64,000 nucleotides of DNA from Planctomycetota bacterium (GTDB taxonomy: Bacteria > Planctomycetota > Brocadiia > SM23-32 > JAKLEA01), in contig JAKLEA010000028.1 in assembly GCA_022711755.1 (NCBI GenBank), positions 3,020 to 67,019 on the forward strand, written 5' to 3'. The translations under genes were made by a program, and so were the position numbers. The notes beneath the pieces are model-generated. The model ran no database searches. It worked only from the letters and a program-made list of their open reading frames with translations, and was not told where the DNA came from. Shown piece by piece: positions 43,780-52,957 of this stretch (the first letter of the stretch is position 1; every line of letters begins with the position of its first letter).

Positions 43780-45705
43780 ATGAGCAAACTGCGGGAATCA
43801 CTGGAAAGCGGAAAGTTCACATACACAGGAGAAATCGGTCCCCCGAAGGGCACGAACATCGGGCCGGTTCTTCACGAGGCGGAGCAGTTTCTGAAGGATA
43901 GAGTGACCGCCGTCAACGTCACTGACATTCAGACCGCCGTCATGCGTTTCGGTTCGATGGCGGCCTGCCACATGCTTCTGGACAGAGGCATTGAGCCGGT
44001 GTTCCAGATGGTCTGTCGGGACAGGAACCGTCTGGCTCTGCAAAGCGATCTCCTGAGCGCCGCCGGTCTGGGCATTGAGAACGTGCTGGCGATCACAGGC
44101 GATCACGTCCTGATGGGCGACCACAAGGAGGCCATGCCGGTCTATGACCTGGACAGCGTCAGCCTGCTCAAGGCCATGACGAACCTTGAGAACGGCATGG
44201 ACATGGGGCGCGACGCCAAGGGCAAGCCGAACAAGTTGGACGGCGCGCCGAAATTCTTCAAGGGCTGTGTGGTGACGCCGTGCGCCGACGAGGTCGAGCC
44301 GCAGATCATCAAGCTTGAGAAGAAGGTTGCGGCGGGGGCGCAGTTCGTCCAGACGCAGGCCGTCTACGATCCGGTGTCGTTCGAAGAGTTCGTCAAGAGC
44401 GCAAGCCATATCAAGGTTCCGATCCTTGTCGGAATCGTGGTTCTGAAGAGCGCGGGCATGGCGAAATACATGAACAAGTCCGTGCCTGGCGTGCAGGTTC
44501 CGGACAAGCTCATCAAGCGGCTGACCGACGCGGGGAAAAAGGATGTTGAACGCGTGGCGGCGGAGATCGCAGGAGAACTGATCCGCGAGATGAAGGGAAT
44601 GTGCGCCGGCGCGCACATCATGACCCTCGGATGGGATCACCTTGTGCCCGGCATAGTCGAGATTGCTGAGTCCGGGACGACCTCATCGAGCAGCATCGCG
44701 GTTCCGGTGTCGGGACTCAAGACCGGCGAGGCGCAGATCATTGACGGCGAAGCAATTGCCGCGCAGAGAACCGAAAAGCTTAAGATAGAGGTGGCCGAAC
44801 TCAGACAGAAGGGGATTGTTCCGCACCTGAAGGCAGTTCAGGCGGGGGAGAATCCCGCGTCCGCGATCTACGTCAGCAATCAGAAAAAGACATGTGAAGC
44901 CGTCGGGATTGACTACACGCTCATACAGTTGCCGGAAACGGCGGCGCGCGACGACATCGCGCAGAAGATAGCCGAGTTGAACGAGGATATGGGTACGACG
45001 GGAGTCATTCTTCAGATGCCTCTTCCGCCGGGCGTTGATTCGCGCGAGATGCAGGCCCTGATAGCCCCGCATAAGGATATCGAGGGCATCAATCCGGCCA
45101 ATCTGGGCCGGTTGCTGGCCAACAAGCGAGATGGCGGTCCCTGCACGGCGGTTGGCGCGTTTGAACTGCTGCTGTCCACCGGCGTCGAGCTTCAGGGCAA
45201 GAATGCCGTCGTGGTCGGGCACAGCGAGATCGTTGGCAAACCGATGGCGCTGATGCTTCTGGGCGCGAACTGCACGACGAGCGTCTGTCACGTCTTCACG
45301 AAGGACATGCGTCCGCTCGTGAAGGAGGCGGACATATTGGTTGTCGCGGCGGGCAAGTCGCAGGCGCTCTGGCTGCGCTACCAGAAGATCAGGAAGGAAG
45401 ATCCGAAGACGCCGATTCCTGACCTGTCGCCCCTGATTCCCGCCGACATGATAAAGCCGGGAGCAGTCGTCATTGACATCGCAATCAACCGGATACCGAA
45501 ACGCCTGAAGGAGAACGGCAGACCGGTCAAGAGCAAGAAAACCGGCAAGCCGATCATGGTCACGATGGGCGATGTGGATTTTGAGGGCGCGAAGAGCGTC
45601 GCGTCATGGATCACGCCGGTTCCAGGCGGCGTCGGGCCGATGACGGTCAACATGCTTCTGACCAATACGGTCTATCGCTGCAAGGCGCAGCATGGACTGG
45701 TGTAG
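43780..45705 (+). CDS. fusion protein: MetF-type methylene-THF reductase plus FolD (methylene-THF dehydrogenase / methenyl-THF cyclohydrolase)
   Basis: 641 aa. SD GAAGGAG. MetF part: FTYTGEIGPPKG, VNVTD, MVCRDRNRLALQSDLLSAAGLGIENVLAITGDH. Linker ESGTTSSSSIAVPVSGLKTGEAQ (44668-44736). FolD part: IIDGEAIAAQ, NPASAIYVSNQKK, GVILQMPLP, HKDIEGINP, VVVGHSEIVGKPMALMLL, TPVPGGVGPMTV. Confidence 0.8.
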   Translation: MSKLRESLESGKFTYTGEIGPPKGTNIGPVLHEAEQFLKDRVTAVNVTDIQTAVMRFGSMAACHMLLDRGIEPVFQMVCRDRNRLALQSDLLSAAGLGIENVLAITGDHVLMGDHKEAMPVYDLDSVSLLKAMTNLENGMDMGRDAKGKPNKLDGAPKFFKGCVVTPCADEVEPQIIKLEKKVAAGAQFVQTQAVYDPVSFEEFVKSASHIKVPILVGIVVLKSAGMAKYMNKSVPGVQVPDKLIKRLTDAGKKDVERVAAEIAGELIREMKGMCAGAHIMTLGWDHLVPGIVEIAESGTTSSSSIAVPVSGLKTGEAQIIDGEAIAAQRTEKLKIEVAELRQKGIVPHLKAVQAGENPASAIYVSNQKKTCEAVGIDYTLIQLPETAARDDIAQKIAELNEDMGTTGVILQMPLPPGVDSREMQALIAPHKDIEGINPANLGRLLANKRDGGPCTAVGAFELLLSTGVELQGKNAVVVGHSEIVGKPMALMLLGANCTTSVCHVFTKDMRPLVKEADILVVAAGKSQALWLRYQKIRKEDPKTPIPDLSPLIPADMIKPGAVVIDIAINRIPKRLKENGRPVKSKKTGKPIMVTMGDVDFEGAKSVASWITPVPGGVGPMTVNMLLTNTVYRCKAQHGLV

Positions 45706-45779
45706 TCTGTTCGGCGCGTTCTCGCTTCGCGGCGTTCCGTCGCGCACTCGGACGTATCCTGCCTGGTGCGAGCGGGGAA

Positions 45780-46868
45780 ATGATTTCCGGCAAGGAAAAC
45801 TACCAAAGGGCGATTGAGTTCCGCTCGCCGGAGCGGTTGCCGATATTCATACAGTGTTCCTTCAACGGATTGCGCGAGAGGAATCCGGAGAAGGAGCGCC
45901 GCATTTTCGAACTGCAATCGCGCATCCCCGACGATATCGTCATGTTCAACGAGGCCCCGCCGTTTCTCGCGGAGCCGAGGACCGAGGGCGGGGCGACTCG
46001 CTGGACCGACCAGTGGGGAACCGGCTGGATCAGCGCCGGGCACGGCAACAAGACCGAGCGATATCCCCTCGAAGCCGGATATCACCTGCTGAAGGACTAT
46101 GTCCTGCCTGATCCGCATGACCGGGGGCGTTTCGCGAAGCCTGACGAAATTCTTTCGAAAAGGGGTGATCGCTACGCTCTTGCGATGGTCTGGTTCACGC
46201 TTTTCGAGCGGCTCTGGATGCTGCGCGGATTCGAGAATATGCTGACCGATCCCTACGATAACGAGGATGGTTTCTGCGCGCTTCGCGACCGCATTGTTGC
46301 CTACAACCTCGCCATGATTGATCAGTGGCTTGAGCGCGGGGTTGACGGTATTTACTTCTCGGACGACTGGGGTTGCCAGAGGGGGTTACTGATAAATCCG
46401 GACGATTGGAGGAAATGGTATAAACCTTCCTACGACAAGATGTTCCGACGAGTCCATGATGGCGGGGCGTGCGTCTGGATGCACCTTTGCGGGGATATTA
46501 CCCCGATCCTGCCGGACCTGATCGAGCTTGGTCTTCAGGTTCTCAACCCGGTTCAGCCGCAGGCTATGGACATCCGGCAACTTGCGCGGGATTTCGGGGG
46601 GAGGTTGTGCTTCTTCGGCGGCGTGGATGTGCAGGGAACGCTCATCCGCGGAACGCCGGAGGATGTGAAGCGGGAGGCGCGGGAATTGGTTGAGTTGTTT
46701 GGCATGTGTTCTAGTCCGGCGGGTTCAGCTTCCGCGTGTGCAAGACCTTCGGTCTCGCACACCCTACGGGGGTACCGCGGCGGCTACATCGCTGGAACGA
46801 GCCATACCATCATGCCAGAGACGCCGCTGGATAATATTATTGCGATGTACGAATCGTTTGTTGACTGA
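45780..46868 (+). CDS. uroporphyrinogen-decarboxylase (URO-D) family protein (MtaA/CmuA-like fold; function unknown)
   Basis: ORF track starts at 45606. I prefer ATG 45780. URO-D-family C-terminal pattern VDVQGTLIRGTPEDVKREARELVELFG...GGYIAGTSHTIMPETPLDNIIAMYE. It contains a 75-nt in-frame segment (46704-46778) that carries an intergenic-type hairpin repeat. Confidence 0.65.
   Translation: MISGKENYQRAIEFRSPERLPIFIQCSFNGLRERNPEKERRIFELQSRIPDDIVMFNEAPPFLAEPRTEGGATRWTDQWGTGWISAGHGNKTERYPLEAGYHLLKDYVLPDPHDRGRFAKPDEILSKRGDRYALAMVWFTLFERLWMLRGFENMLTDPYDNEDGFCALRDRIVAYNLAMIDQWLERGVDGIYFSDDWGCQRGLLINPDDWRKWYKPSYDKMFRRVHDGGACVWMHLCGDITPILPDLIELGLQVLNPVQPQAMDIRQLARDFGGRLCFFGGVDVQGTLIRGTPEDVKREARELVELFGMCSSPAGSASACARPSVSHTLRGYRGGYIAGTSHTIMPETPLDNIIAMYESFVD
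46736..46767 (+). repeat. REP-like hairpin element ending in CACCCTAC (copy C), located inside a coding sequence
   Basis: GTGTGC-a-AGACC-TTC-GGTCT-c-GCACAC at 46736-46762, followed by CCTAC. Same core and tail as intergenic copy B. Confidence 0.6.
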
Positions 46869-46900
46869 ATATCTTGACATATCGTAACGCAGGCCGATCG

Positions 46901-48316
46901 CTATTTCGTCTGTCCGCCTGCTTCCTGAGTAACCGGAATCACCCACACCCTTTCGATTGTCTCCGCCAGCGGTTTGTCAGTCTCCACGCGGACTGTGACA
47001 AGCTGATGTCCGAGGGAGGGCGTAACGATCTTTTCTTCTGGTTTGAGTTGACCTTCGAGAAGTTTTACCTCAATAGGCGGGCCTCCCTTCTTCTCATCCT
47101 CGGCCCAGAAGACGAAGGTGACGCGGGCGTTCGGGTATTTCAGCGCCGCCCCGCAGCGATATGAGAGCTTCGGGTTGATATCGGCTGAGGAGCTTGACCA
47201 CGTCGGCGTTATCGCCAGCGCGACGCGCCAGCGGTCGGGGCGGTTGTTGGGAAGGTAGGCGATTGCTGCGTCGGGATTCTCGATGATGTTGCCCGGCGGC
47301 TCGGTCGGTAAAAGCGCAAAGTCCATCCGCGCCGTCTCCCCGATCTTGAGCGTGACCGGCTCTGATATTATCGCGCGCGCGGCGGTGCGATACGCCATGA
47401 TCCGGTATTGTCCGGCAGGGAGGTTGTGGAATTCGTAGCTTCCCTGCCATGCGCCACTAGCCGACTTTCCGGCGTCTGTGTTCGCCAGCGTGCCGAAATC
47501 CGAGTCCAGAAGGATGACGCGCGCGCCGTGATCGTTGCGCATCGGGAATTCCGGCGCGGTGACAATACCTTTCAGGCCGGCTCCAACAGGCTGCGGCGCA
47601 AGCCCGAGCGTGAGGACCGTATGGATAGTGTCGGCGGCGATCCTGGCGGCGTCAAGGGCGGATTCGAGGATGATCGGTTCAACTTTGGAGCGGTCAGGAT
47701 TCGGCGCTGAGACAAGCGGGAGCGCTTCGTCGGCCCGCTTTGCCGACAATGGGACCAGTTCCGACAATCGTTTTTGAAGGGCGGCAAGCGCTTCGTCGTC
47801 CGTTCTGCCGAGAAGCAGGGGCTGGTATCCGGCGATGATGATCTTCTTGTTGTCAACCCAGTATTCGAGGTCGTTGTGATGCGGGCAGTAGGGGCGGGCG
47901 TGAGGCGGGGCGAGGATGTCCTCCACGAAGTGGATGAGCGGTCCCATCTGGCGCGCGGCGTTGACGGGGTCTTCTGTGCGCAAAGCCTGAAGAGCGCGGC
48001 GGAAGTACGGTCCGACGGCGTTCATGGCCATCGGCATGACGTGCTCGGTGTAGTTCGGGTGGGCGCGGAACAGGAGATAATCATCGCCGTAGTAGGCCTT
48101 CATGTCCTCGCCCTTCTGGTCGGGAAGCCAGCAGTAGGCTGTAAGTTTCGCAAAGTTCTCAGGGCCGAGGGCCTGCTGCCATTTCTCCGCGTCGGGGAGG
48201 ACGTCGAGAGCCGCCTTGGTGATTACCGGATGCGGCCCCCACGCTGCCAGGGGAGTGAGAGATGAGAATAAAACCAGAATGATCAGAACTGTTGAAAGAC
48301 GTCGTTGCGTCGGCAT
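46901..48316 (-). CDS. secreted protein: possible zinc-dependent PLC / S1-P1-nuclease-like helical domain plus carboxypeptidase-regulatory-like beta-sandwich
   Basis: ORF track extends to 48364. ATG 48316 follows GGAAGGA. The predicted signal cleavage (..PLAA|WGPHPVITKAAL) leaves an N-terminal Trp, as in PLC/P1 nuclease. His/Asp-rich IHFVEDILAPPHARPYCPHHND. Later GSYEFHNLPAGQYRIMAY. Confidence 0.4.
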   Translation of the reverse strand: MPTQRRLSTVLIILVLFSSLTPLAAWGPHPVITKAALDVLPDAEKWQQALGPENFAKLTAYCWLPDQKGEDMKAYYGDDYLLFRAHPNYTEHVMPMAMNAVGPYFRRALQALRTEDPVNAARQMGPLIHFVEDILAPPHARPYCPHHNDLEYWVDNKKIIIAGYQPLLLGRTDDEALAALQKRLSELVPLSAKRADEALPLVSAPNPDRSKVEPIILESALDAARIAADTIHTVLTLGLAPQPVGAGLKGIVTAPEFPMRNDHGARVILLDSDFGTLANTDAGKSASGAWQGSYEFHNLPAGQYRIMAYRTAARAIISEPVTLKIGETARMDFALLPTEPPGNIIENPDAAIAYLPNNRPDRWRVALAITPTWSSSSADINPKLSYRCGAALKYPNARVTFVFWAEDEKKGGPPIEVKLLEGQLKPEEKIVTPSLGHQLVTVRVETDKPLAETIERVWVIPVTQEAGGQTK

Positions 48317-48457
48317 TGGGACGATCCTTCCAATCCGGGAAGTGAAACTGGATTGATTCTGCATACTGATAGGATATCTTCGCGTGGAGGCGCGAACAAC
48401 ATGCTGGTTTCTTAATTACGTATGGGGGCCCGGAAGGCGAATTGATTTTGGGCCTTC

Positions 48458-48486
48458 TTGCGCGGGAAATGTTCCACGGATAGAAT
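48458..48486 (+). promoter_or_regulatory. sigma-70-like promoter TTGCGC-N17-TAGAAT upstream of the YihY-family gene
   Basis: TTGCGC at 48458-48463 and TAGAAT at 48481-48486. Confidence 0.3.
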
Positions 48487-48599
48487 GCAACGCGTGTTGC
48501 CGGAAGGTTCCGCTTTCAACCGTCTCCGGCGTTTAATCGGCGACTTTTTCATCAGTTCGCCATCCGCTGGAAAAGGGCAGACCGGCCAAGAGGTTCAAG

Positions 48600-50900
48600 A
48601 TGTCAAGAAGCGACAAGAGGGACGCATTGAGCGTCTGGGCGCAGCGACTGGTCATGCTGGACTCGGACGAGACGGGAAAAATGAAGCGCGCGCTGGCGCG
48701 CAATGCCCAGCTTGTGGTCTTCACGATAGAGCAGCTCCTGCAGGACAAGTGTCTTGAACGGGCGGCTGCGCTGACCTACAAGACCGTTTTCTCCATCGTG
48801 CCCCTGTTTGCGGTTGCGTTCTCGCTTTTCAAGGCGTTTAACGCTTTTGAGGGCATGGAGGCAAGGGTCCAGGACGCCCTGTTCAACAGGCTGCTTGCCA
48901 CCCCTTTTGTGGAGGAGAGCGATGAAACAGTCGTGGGCACGGCTGACCGGGGGCGTTCTGATGGGACTATGGCGGGGATGACGGCGAAATCCGGCGCGCA
49001 GATGGACGATAAGGAGCGAAAGGAAGCCGCCGTAGAACTGTTAAAGGCGCTTGATTCCGGTTTTGATCCGTCCGTCGCGCGGTCAACCCTCATGCGACTG
49101 CCCTTCGGCAAGGGGGAGGCCTTTGAGCATATTCGCCTTTCAATAACAGCGTTGGATGGGTATCGGAAGAAGATAGAACTGCCGGAACTCAGCACATCCG
49201 AGGCGGCCGGCGATGCCGATGATGGGGAGCGGATAACGAAGGTGAAGTTTGATCTGAGGATCGTTGCGCTGCGCAATGAGATGAAATATGGAGCTGCGAT
49301 AAATCTCTGCCTGCGGGCGATCCAGTCCGGGATGCGGATTGACGATGTTATTCCGCATATGGCCGCCGCATGCCGCGGAGTTGCAAAGCAGTATCTTGAC
49401 GGCCAGAACTGGGAAATGGCCCAGAAGACCTACGAGCCAGCCGTGGGATTCCTCACGGACGCCATCGTCCTTGCCTCCTCATCAGGTTCTTCTGATGTTG
49501 ATCTTGCAGGAATGGCCAAGGAGCATGATAACGCTCTGCGCGAGTGGGGGGAGTCCTTCCTCGGGCGGGCCAGGGCGCAATACAGGGAATATCTTGCACT
49601 TGGATATTCCGGAACGCTGCAGGACAAAGTTAAACCGGAGCATGCGGAAATTCTTGAAGGCGCTCTGGCCGACCTTGAGGAGGCGGCGTCGCTTATGCCC
49701 GATCCGTCTGAAATTCACGCGCTTAGGGCGGACGTTCTCTGGGAACTGGGACGCCCCGACGAATCGAGGGACGCCTACAAGGACGCCTTGGGGAGTCTGC
49801 GCTCCGCCGGCGCAACGAAGTTGACGCGGGCGACCGTTGATTACGTCCGCGACTACATCTCCCGCACAAGCGCGGCAGGCATCGGGGTCATGGGCGGCAT
49901 CCTGCTGGTCTTCAGCGCAACATGGCTGCTGATGACGATCGAGAAGAACTTCAACGACATATGGCACGTCACCCTTAAGCGGGCAATGTTCCTGCGTTTT
50001 GCGAGTTTCGCGACCATACTGTTGATCGGGCCGGTACTGATCGGGTTGTCCATTGGAATTTCGCAGGGCATCAGCTACAAGCTGACGACGGCCACGGGGG
50101 GGATCTGGGCGTTGAGCCGCGCCGTGAAGATCGGCGGCGTGATTGCGGCATTCGTGTTCCCCGTGTTGACGTTGTGGGTGGCGCTCTTGCTGGCGTATAA
50201 GTTCATTCCGCATTCAAAGGTCAGTTTTAAGGCCGCCGCATGGGGCGCGATCATTGGCGCGGTCGGGCTTCAATCCGCCCAGAGCGCCTTCGCGTTCTAC
50301 GTGCGCGGGGCTGTGGCGAAGACGGAAATCTACGGCAGCCTCGGCGCAGTTCCGTTCTTCCTGTTATGGCTTTACATTCTGTGGGTGATCGTCCTGTTCG
50401 GCGTCGAAGTGACGCATACGGTCGAGAACATCAACAATCTACGGATACGGGAGCGAACGCGCGTCTTTGCGCGGGAGATGATTGACCGTTCTCTGCTGCT
50501 GCGCGTCGCCTACTACATCGGATATGACTTTCACACCGGAAAAAGCCCCAGCAGCATACAGATGATCTCGCTAAGGTTGAATCTTCCGCAGGACACGATC
50601 GAAAGGGCGATTGACTGCATGGCGGACAGGAAACTGCTGAGCTACGCGGATGAGGAATCAGGGCTGGTCATACCCGGCAGGGACCTTGACGAGATCCGCG
50701 TGGCCGACGTGATAGGGATTGCCGACGCGCATGCATTGACAATGCGATCATACGAGGCTGCCGACGCGCCGTCCGAGAACAGGCTGCGACAAATGATTTC
50801 GGCGCTTACGCGTAATACTCGCGAAAGCCTGGGCGATCTTACCCTGCGGGATTTGATAGCAGGAGCGGAGCAGGATAATTCAGCGGCTGCCCAGGCATGA
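48600..50900 (+). CDS. YihY/BrkB-family membrane protein with a ~310-aa soluble insertion and a C-terminal winged-helix-like extension
   Basis: 766 aa. AAGAGG SD. YihY core: LERAAALTYKTVFSIVPLFAVAFSLF ... IEKNFNDIWHV ... SLGAVPFFLLWLYILWVIVLFG. The insertion lies at about 48909-49835. Confidence 0.7.
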   Translation: MSRSDKRDALSVWAQRLVMLDSDETGKMKRALARNAQLVVFTIEQLLQDKCLERAAALTYKTVFSIVPLFAVAFSLFKAFNAFEGMEARVQDALFNRLLATPFVEESDETVVGTADRGRSDGTMAGMTAKSGAQMDDKERKEAAVELLKALDSGFDPSVARSTLMRLPFGKGEAFEHIRLSITALDGYRKKIELPELSTSEAAGDADDGERITKVKFDLRIVALRNEMKYGAAINLCLRAIQSGMRIDDVIPHMAAACRGVAKQYLDGQNWEMAQKTYEPAVGFLTDAIVLASSSGSSDVDLAGMAKEHDNALREWGESFLGRARAQYREYLALGYSGTLQDKVKPEHAEILEGALADLEEAASLMPDPSEIHALRADVLWELGRPDESRDAYKDALGSLRSAGATKLTRATVDYVRDYISRTSAAGIGVMGGILLVFSATWLLMTIEKNFNDIWHVTLKRAMFLRFASFATILLIGPVLIGLSIGISQGISYKLTTATGGIWALSRAVKIGGVIAAFVFPVLTLWVALLLAYKFIPHSKVSFKAAAWGAIIGAVGLQSAQSAFAFYVRGAVAKTEIYGSLGAVPFFLLWLYILWVIVLFGVEVTHTVENINNLRIRERTRVFAREMIDRSLLLRVAYYIGYDFHTGKSPSSIQMISLRLNLPQDTIERAIDCMADRKLLSYADEESGLVIPGRDLDEIRVADVIGIADAHALTMRSYEAADAPSENRLRQMISALTRNTRESLGDLTLRDLIAGAEQDNSAAAQA

Positions 50901-50930
50901 CCGTCATAACGAAAATGAAGCAGAACGAGC

Positions 50931-52154
50931 ATGAGCATGGACAGGAAAATTAACTCGCCCGGAATGCCGGATGAACGAGGCAGATTCGGGCGTTTCGGCG
51001 GGCGATACGTTCCGGAAACCTTGATGCCGGCTCTGGCGGAGCTTGAGGAGGAATACGCCAGGGCGCAGGCGGACCCGGAATTTCAGAAGGAACTTGACTA
51101 CTACCTGAGCGAATACGTCGGGCGTCCCAATCCGCTCTACCTGGCGGAAAGGTTGACGGCACATCACGGCGGGGGGCGCATATACCTCAAGCGCGAGGAC
51201 CTGAACCACACCGGCGCGCATAAAATCAACAACACGCTGGGTCAGGTCCTGCTTGCGCGGCGAATGGGCAAGAAGCGCATCATTGCCGAGACCGGCGCAG
51301 GTCAGCACGGTGTGGCCACGGCGACCGCCGCAGCGATGTTCGGGATGGAATGCGACGTATACATGGGCGAGGAGGACATCCGCCGCCAGAACCTCAACGT
51401 TTTCAGGATGCGTCTCCTTGGCGCGAGAGTTGTGCCGGTAAGCTCTGGCTCGAAAACGCTCAAGGACGCCACCAATGAGGCGTTCCGCGACTGGATGTCA
51501 ACAGTTCGCAACACGCACTACATCATCGGCTCCGTGGTGGGGCCTCATCCGTATCCCATGATGGTCAGGGATTTCCAGAGCGTGATAGGACGCGAGGCAA
51601 GAGCGCAGATCCTCGAGAAGGAAGGGCGGCTGCCCGATTGCGTCGTTGCTTGCGTGGGCGGCGGGAGCAACAGCATAGGGCTGTTCTATCCGTTCATCGG
51701 CGACGAATCGGTGCGAATCGTCGGCGTCGAAGCCGGCGGCAGGAGCGACAGACTGGGCGATCATGCGGCGTCTCTTTCATTCGGCAGCCCTGGCGTCCTG
51801 CACGGATCATGCAGCTACGTTCTTCAGGATGACGACGGGCAGACGGCGATTGTGCATTCCATCTCAGCCGGATTGGATTATCCCGGCGTGGGGCCGGAGC
51901 ACAGTTTCCTGAAGGATAGCGGCAGAGCACAATACATTCACGTTGGCGACAAGGAGGCTGTGGAGGCATTCCGTCTCTGCGCGACGCTGGAGGGCATCAT
52001 CCCTGCGCTCGAATCGGCTCACGCGCTGGCGGCGATTGGCAGATTGACGACGGAGATGGGCAGGGATTCGATTATCATTGTCTGCCTTAGCGGGCGCGGC
52101 GATAAAGACTGTGTCGAGGTCGCCTCTTATATAGGAGAGGATCCCCGGCCATGA
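50931..52154 (+). CDS. trpB: tryptophan synthase beta chain
   Basis: 407 aa. [49 protein letters not shown]. Confidence 0.95.
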   Translation: MSMDRKINSPGMPDERGRFGRFGGRYVPETLMPALAELEEEYARAQADPEFQKELDYYLSEYVGRPNPLYLAERLTAHHGGGRIYLKREDLNHTGAHKINNTLGQVLLARRMGKKRIIAETGAGQHGVATATAAAMFGMECDVYMGEEDIRRQNLNVFRMRLLGARVVPVSSGSKTLKDATNEAFRDWMSTVRNTHYIIGSVVGPHPYPMMVRDFQSVIGREARAQILEKEGRLPDCVVACVGGGSNSIGLFYPFIGDESVRIVGVEAGGRSDRLGDHAASLSFGSPGVLHGSCSYVLQDDDGQTAIVHSISAGLDYPGVGPEHSFLKDSGRAQYIHVGDKEAVEAFRLCATLEGIIPALESAHALAAIGRLTTEMGRDSIIIVCLSGRGDKDCVEVASYIGEDPRP

Positions 52155-52957
52155 ACCGCATTGATCTCCGATTCCAGGAATTGCGGCGCAAGAGAGAGCC
52201 GGCATTCATCCCGTACCTCACCGCGGGCGATCCGGACATGCATGCGACTCGCGAGCTTATACTCGAAGCGGAGAGGCGAGGGGCTGACCTGATCGAGCTA
52301 GGCGTTCCTTTCAGCGATCCGATTGCCGACGGGCCGGTGATTCAGGCATCTCATCTCCGCGCGCTGGAGGGCGGGACGCGCGTCGGCGACGTTCTGGCAA
52401 TGGTCAGGGAAGTCAGGAATACCAGCGAGATCCCGATTGTGGCCATGATTTCGTGTAGCATTGTCTTCCGCAAAGGCGCGGACGGATTCATCCGCTCGAT
52501 GGCGGAGGCCGGGATTGACGGGGCGACGATTCCAGACCTGCCGGTCGAGGAAGCTGGGCAGGCGCGCGACGCCGCCGACAGGGCCGGACTACACCTCGCG
52601 CCGTTTGTCACGCCTACTACGACAATCAAACGGCAGGAGGCTATCTGCAGGGCCGCCCGAGGGTTCATTTACTACATATCCGTTGTGGGATTAACCGGGG
52701 CCAGAGAACAGCTCGCGGGTGATTTGAAGGCCAATGTAGACCGAATCCGCGCGGCGGCGAAGGTTCCCGTGGCCGTCGGGTTCGGCGTGTCCAGGCCGGA
52801 GCATGCAAGGGAGGTTGGCGCGGTATCGGACGGCGTTATCGTAGGCAGCGCGCTGGTGCGCCTTATAAGCGAGAATGCGGGCGCGGGAATAGCGACGCTA
52901 CGGTCCCGATTCGGGGACGCGGTTGGACAACTTTCTTCAGCCGCGAAGCAGCGATGA
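52151..52957 (+). CDS. trpA: tryptophan synthase alpha chain
   Basis: 268 aa. The start overlaps the trpB stop (ATGA). [43 protein letters not shown]. Confidence 0.95.
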   Translation: MNRIDLRFQELRRKREPAFIPYLTAGDPDMHATRELILEAERRGADLIELGVPFSDPIADGPVIQASHLRALEGGTRVGDVLAMVREVRNTSEIPIVAMISCSIVFRKGADGFIRSMAEAGIDGATIPDLPVEEAGQARDAADRAGLHLAPFVTPTTTIKRQEAICRAARGFIYYISVVGLTGAREQLAGDLKANVDRIRAAAKVPVAVGFGVSRPEHAREVGAVSDGVIVGSALVRLISENAGAGIATLRSRFGDAVGQLSSAAKQR

